The notes beneath the pieces were generated by a model. The model did not search any database and was not told where the DNA came from. It saw nothing but the letters and a program-made list of their open reading frames with translations. Shown piece by piece: positions 61,301-64,000 of a DNA stretch of 64,000 nt; positions within the stretch are counted from its first letter, which is position 1, and every line of letters begins with the position of its first letter. The position numbers and the translations under genes were made by a program. The stretch lies in contig DF237458.1 of assembly GCA_000708835.1 (NCBI GenBank), positions 1 to 64,000 on the forward strand. Reading direction: 5' to 3'. Source of the stretch: Klebsormidium nitens. Taxonomy: Eukaryota > Plantae > Klebsormidiophyceae.

Positions 61301-64000
61301 CGGGAATCTGAGGCCGATCAGAGCTTCCAAAGCCGCAACCGCCGTGTTACGAGAACCGCACCAGCTTGCGCCGTTTCAAGTGGTCCGATTCCAGTCCAAG
61401 TCTCAACCTTCTGAGATACCGAAGGGATGCGCCGGTGAACTCCAAGAAAGAGGAATATGACAAAGATGGCAAAGATGTGCTCACCGTATCTCCCCTGCAG
61501 GACCTGGCGGACGCCATCACGCGCGCGGAGGCGATCTGGAAGCAGTGGTATGACCAGGAGGCGCCCGAGGCGGCGCGGGTGCCCGACTACGAGGACCGGC
61601 TGTCCAAGTTCGACCGCATGCTGCTCGTCAAGGCCTTCCGCGACGACCGCACGCTCATCGCAGCCACCGACTTCATCGCAGACAGGTGACCGCCGCTGCA
61701 CACGCCGATGGACAACTTTTGGCCTTCCGAGAATAATAATTGCTGAGGACTGCAAATCTGGGAACACATGCCGTGATCCTGGAAAGCCACGATAAGCAGG
61801 TTTTTAATCTGAAAAGATAAGGAACGCGGCTCCTGACCGAAGCGTGCAGTCCGGGTGGTTTCCTTTACTCCCAGATTCGTTTAGAGATGCTTCGAGATTA
61901 GCTGTATAGATAACAGCTGCCACTCTGCTTCAGTCAGGACCCCCAGACAAGAAGTTGCGGCAACATTCTTAGCTCCTCATCGTGCTGCGACATCCTGACC
62001 CTCGCTTTTCTTGACGCAGCCTTGGCCCGCGGTACGTGGAGAGCATTCCGTTGAGCATGGAGGCCATCTGGGCGGACAGCGGCGCCAAGACGCCGCTGAT
62101 CTGCCTGCTGTCGCCGGGCGCGGACCCGACCAAGCTGATCGAGGACCTGGCGAAGCGCAAGAAGATCAAGGTCATGGGCGTCTCCATGGGCCAGGGCCAG
62201 GAGATCATCGCGCGCAAGTACATGGCCGCCGCCGTGCAGGAGGGCTGCTGGGTCCTCCTGCAAAACACGCACCTCGGCCTCAAGTGAGCGCCAGCGCTTT
62301 CGGCCCCTGTAGCTGTTCGTTTTCTTGAAGAAGCAGGGTTCTAGGATGACTTGATCTCGGGAACCTATCGATCATTTCTTCCTCGGCATTTGCTGTGGTA
62401 AAATCTGCAAGCGTTACTTCCAGTGCTTCGGGTCAAGGCTTTTTAGAAATTGTTGCGATTGATTTCGAGCACTCAAGCAACTACTGCTCCGTGGCTGCAG
62501 CTACTTGACGGAGGTGGAGCAGTTTTTGACCAAGACGGAGGAGATGCACGAGGACTTCCGGCTGTGGATCACCGCGGAGCCGCACCCCAAGTTCCCCATC
62601 GGCCTGCTGCACATCGGGATCAAGATCACCAACGAGGCGCCCGTCGGCATGCGCGCGGGGCTCAAGGGCAGCTACCAGGTAAAACAAAGGGACGCATGCA
62701 AGGCTGGCAGCACTCCTCTGATCATGAAGTGCAACATGATCATGAAGTGCAACAGAGATCGCTGATTAAGCAAACGGTGAAAGTTTGCCTCTTCAAAGCC
62801 GAAATTGGCACCACTCAAATTCCTCAGCGTTCACTTTGACGCCCACTGAACAATGAAAGGAAGGCTGCTTTTGGGAGCCCTGTGATTGTCCTTAGTTGCT
62901 TGCAAAGACGCAATCTGACCCAGCCGAGTACAACACGCTGCTTGACCTGTCGCTTTTGTCTGCCGCTGCAGTGGGTGAGCCAGGACATGATGGACGTGAT
63001 CCCGCGCGGCGAGTGGCGGCAGCTGCTGTTCGTCATGTGCTTCGTGCACAGCGTGGTGCAGGAGCGCCGCAAGTTCGGGCCCATCGGCTGGAACGTGCCC
63101 TACGAGTTCAACCAGAGCGACCTCAGCGCGAGCGTGCAGTTCCTGGAGAACCACATCATGGAGATGGACGCCAAGAAGAGCTCGCAAATCACCTGGACCA
63201 CGGTGAGCGCCGCCGGAAAAGCCCTGCTCATCACTAACAGCGCCGGTGTCTGTAATACCGTAACTCCAAGACTGTGGACTGGAATCGTGCGTCGTTGTGT
63301 TCACCCATTGGAGCCTTGACAGGGCGTGCGGTGCGGCAACCTGTAGCAGCTATTTCCTTCTTTTCCGCTCTCCTCGGTGTGCGGGCACTGACGTGGCTGT
63401 CCGTTGTTCTCCCCCAGGTGCGGTACATGATCAGCGAGATCCAGTACGGCGGGCGCATCACGGACGACTTTGACCGCACGCTGATGAACACGTACGCGGA
63501 GCAGTACTTCCACCAGGGCGTCATGGACAAGGCCTGCCAGCTGTACCCCGGCTACAAGGTCCCCGACGGCCTTGAAATCGGCCACTTCCGCCAGGTCAGC
63601 CCGCCGGCGAAGAAGCAGCCGCTGCCGGCCGGGCTGTAGCGACAGCAGCTGTGACCCGTCGAGAATGTTGCTTGCATACCCCGGCTCTTATCGAAAGGAG
63701 CTTTGTATCGTTTACCGGAGCTGGCTGTCCTGCACTGCAGCATTGTCTCGCAAGATGACAAGGCGATTGTCTGCAAGGGGGAAGTTTTGCTGGGCTTGAC
63801 TTGTGTTGCCATTTGTCCTAATTACAATAGCCCTTCTTGTTATTTCCCTACCTTACCGCCACAAGCCGGTTGCTGACTTCGCCCTCCGCCTTGGTGCTGG
63901 CGCAGGCGATCGACGCATTCCCCAGCAACGAGTCGCCCGAGATCTTTGGGCTGCACCCCAATGCAGACCTGACGTTCCGCGCGCTGCAAGTGCGCGAGTG
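34344..64000 (+). CDS. ODA2: Axonemal outer-arm dynein gamma heavy chain (ODA2/DHC15; DNAH5/8 family), ~48 exons in window, 3'-truncated by the window edge
   Basis: Starts [13 protein letters not shown] (34344-34382), resembling the recalled Chlamydomonas gamma-HC start MALDNRHR. Tail motifs [10 protein letters not shown] and [16 protein letters not shown]-loops GPAGTGKT (~48266), GPTGAGKT (~50430), GGPGTAKT (~52600), GVGGSGKQ (~55272). Stalk coiled coil and MTBD at ~56250-58600. C-terminal [17 protein letters not shown] and [12 protein letters not shown]. The frame is still open at 64000. Confidence 0.95.
39140..39255 (+). ncRNA. Candidate intronic box C/D snoRNA-like element (dynein intron)
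   Basis: GACT-ATGATGA (C box 39144-39150) ... CTGA (D' 39186-39189) ... GCGATGA (C'-like 39196-39202) ... CTGA (D 39248-39251)-AGTC. The terminal GACT/AGTC stem closes a 116-nt unit. No expression evidence. Confidence 0.35.
40437..40897. other. Assembly gap inside a dynein intron, flanked by an identical 29-mer
   Basis: ACCAGCCGTCCGCGTGAAGAAGCTTTTCT at 40408-40436 and 40898-40926. Confidence 0.95.
43459..43494 (+). repeat. 18-bp perfect tandem duplication in a dynein intron
   Basis: AACCGATTTGGTTTCCTG x2. Confidence 0.9.
52229..52332 (+). repeat. ~49-bp tandem repeat (2 units) with an internal hairpin, in a dynein intron
   Basis: CCAAACGTCGGCG(A/G)AGCTAAAGTGGACTGGCGTCGA(G)AGCGCGCTTTAGC x2 plus CCAAA. 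Each unit holds a GCTAAAG/CTTTAGC inverted pair. Confidence 0.9.
62719..62754 (+). repeat. 18-bp perfect tandem duplication in a dynein intron
   Basis: TGATCATGAAGTGCAACA x2. Confidence 0.9.

Noticed and set aside
36338-63585. Numerous 100-340-aa antisense and alternative-frame ORFs over the dynein exons
   Set aside because: These are shadows of extreme GC3 codon bias, which removes stops in other frames. They track exon boundaries and have no independent splice or start signals.

Overview
This is a eukaryotic, intron-rich window with GC-rich exons, lower-GC introns and two N gaps. The gene set points to a streptophyte green alga, Klebsormidium-like; this is inferred from plant-type H3.3 and CPSF160 occurring with an outer-arm dynein. 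Protein-coding genes in order: (1) histone H3.3, 5 exons, + strand, 2131-4203; (2) an unannotated ~651-aa protein with a transit-peptide-like N-terminus, - strand, 6580-9421; (3) a fragmentary + strand gene across gap 1; (4) CPSF160/CPSF1, 27 exons, 12807-27549; (5) an ARM-repeat gene, - strand, 28918-33268; (6) head-to-head with it, a flagellar outer-arm dynein gamma heavy chain (ODA2/DNAH5-8 type, ~48 exons in window, 34344 to beyond 64000). Non-coding content includes an intron-containing tRNA-Leu(CAG) at 12111-12212 followed by two orphan, mutually identical tRNA-Leu 3' ends, a TIR-bounded MITE-like element, and a structured poly(A)-tailed retroposon-like end at the window start. The most notable unexplained signals are the tRNA 3'-end array just upstream of CPSF160 and a C/D-box snoRNA-like sequence inside a dynein intron. 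No clearly new multi-gene system is demonstrable from sequence alone. Comparisons to reference proteins and RNAs are from memory, not from searches.
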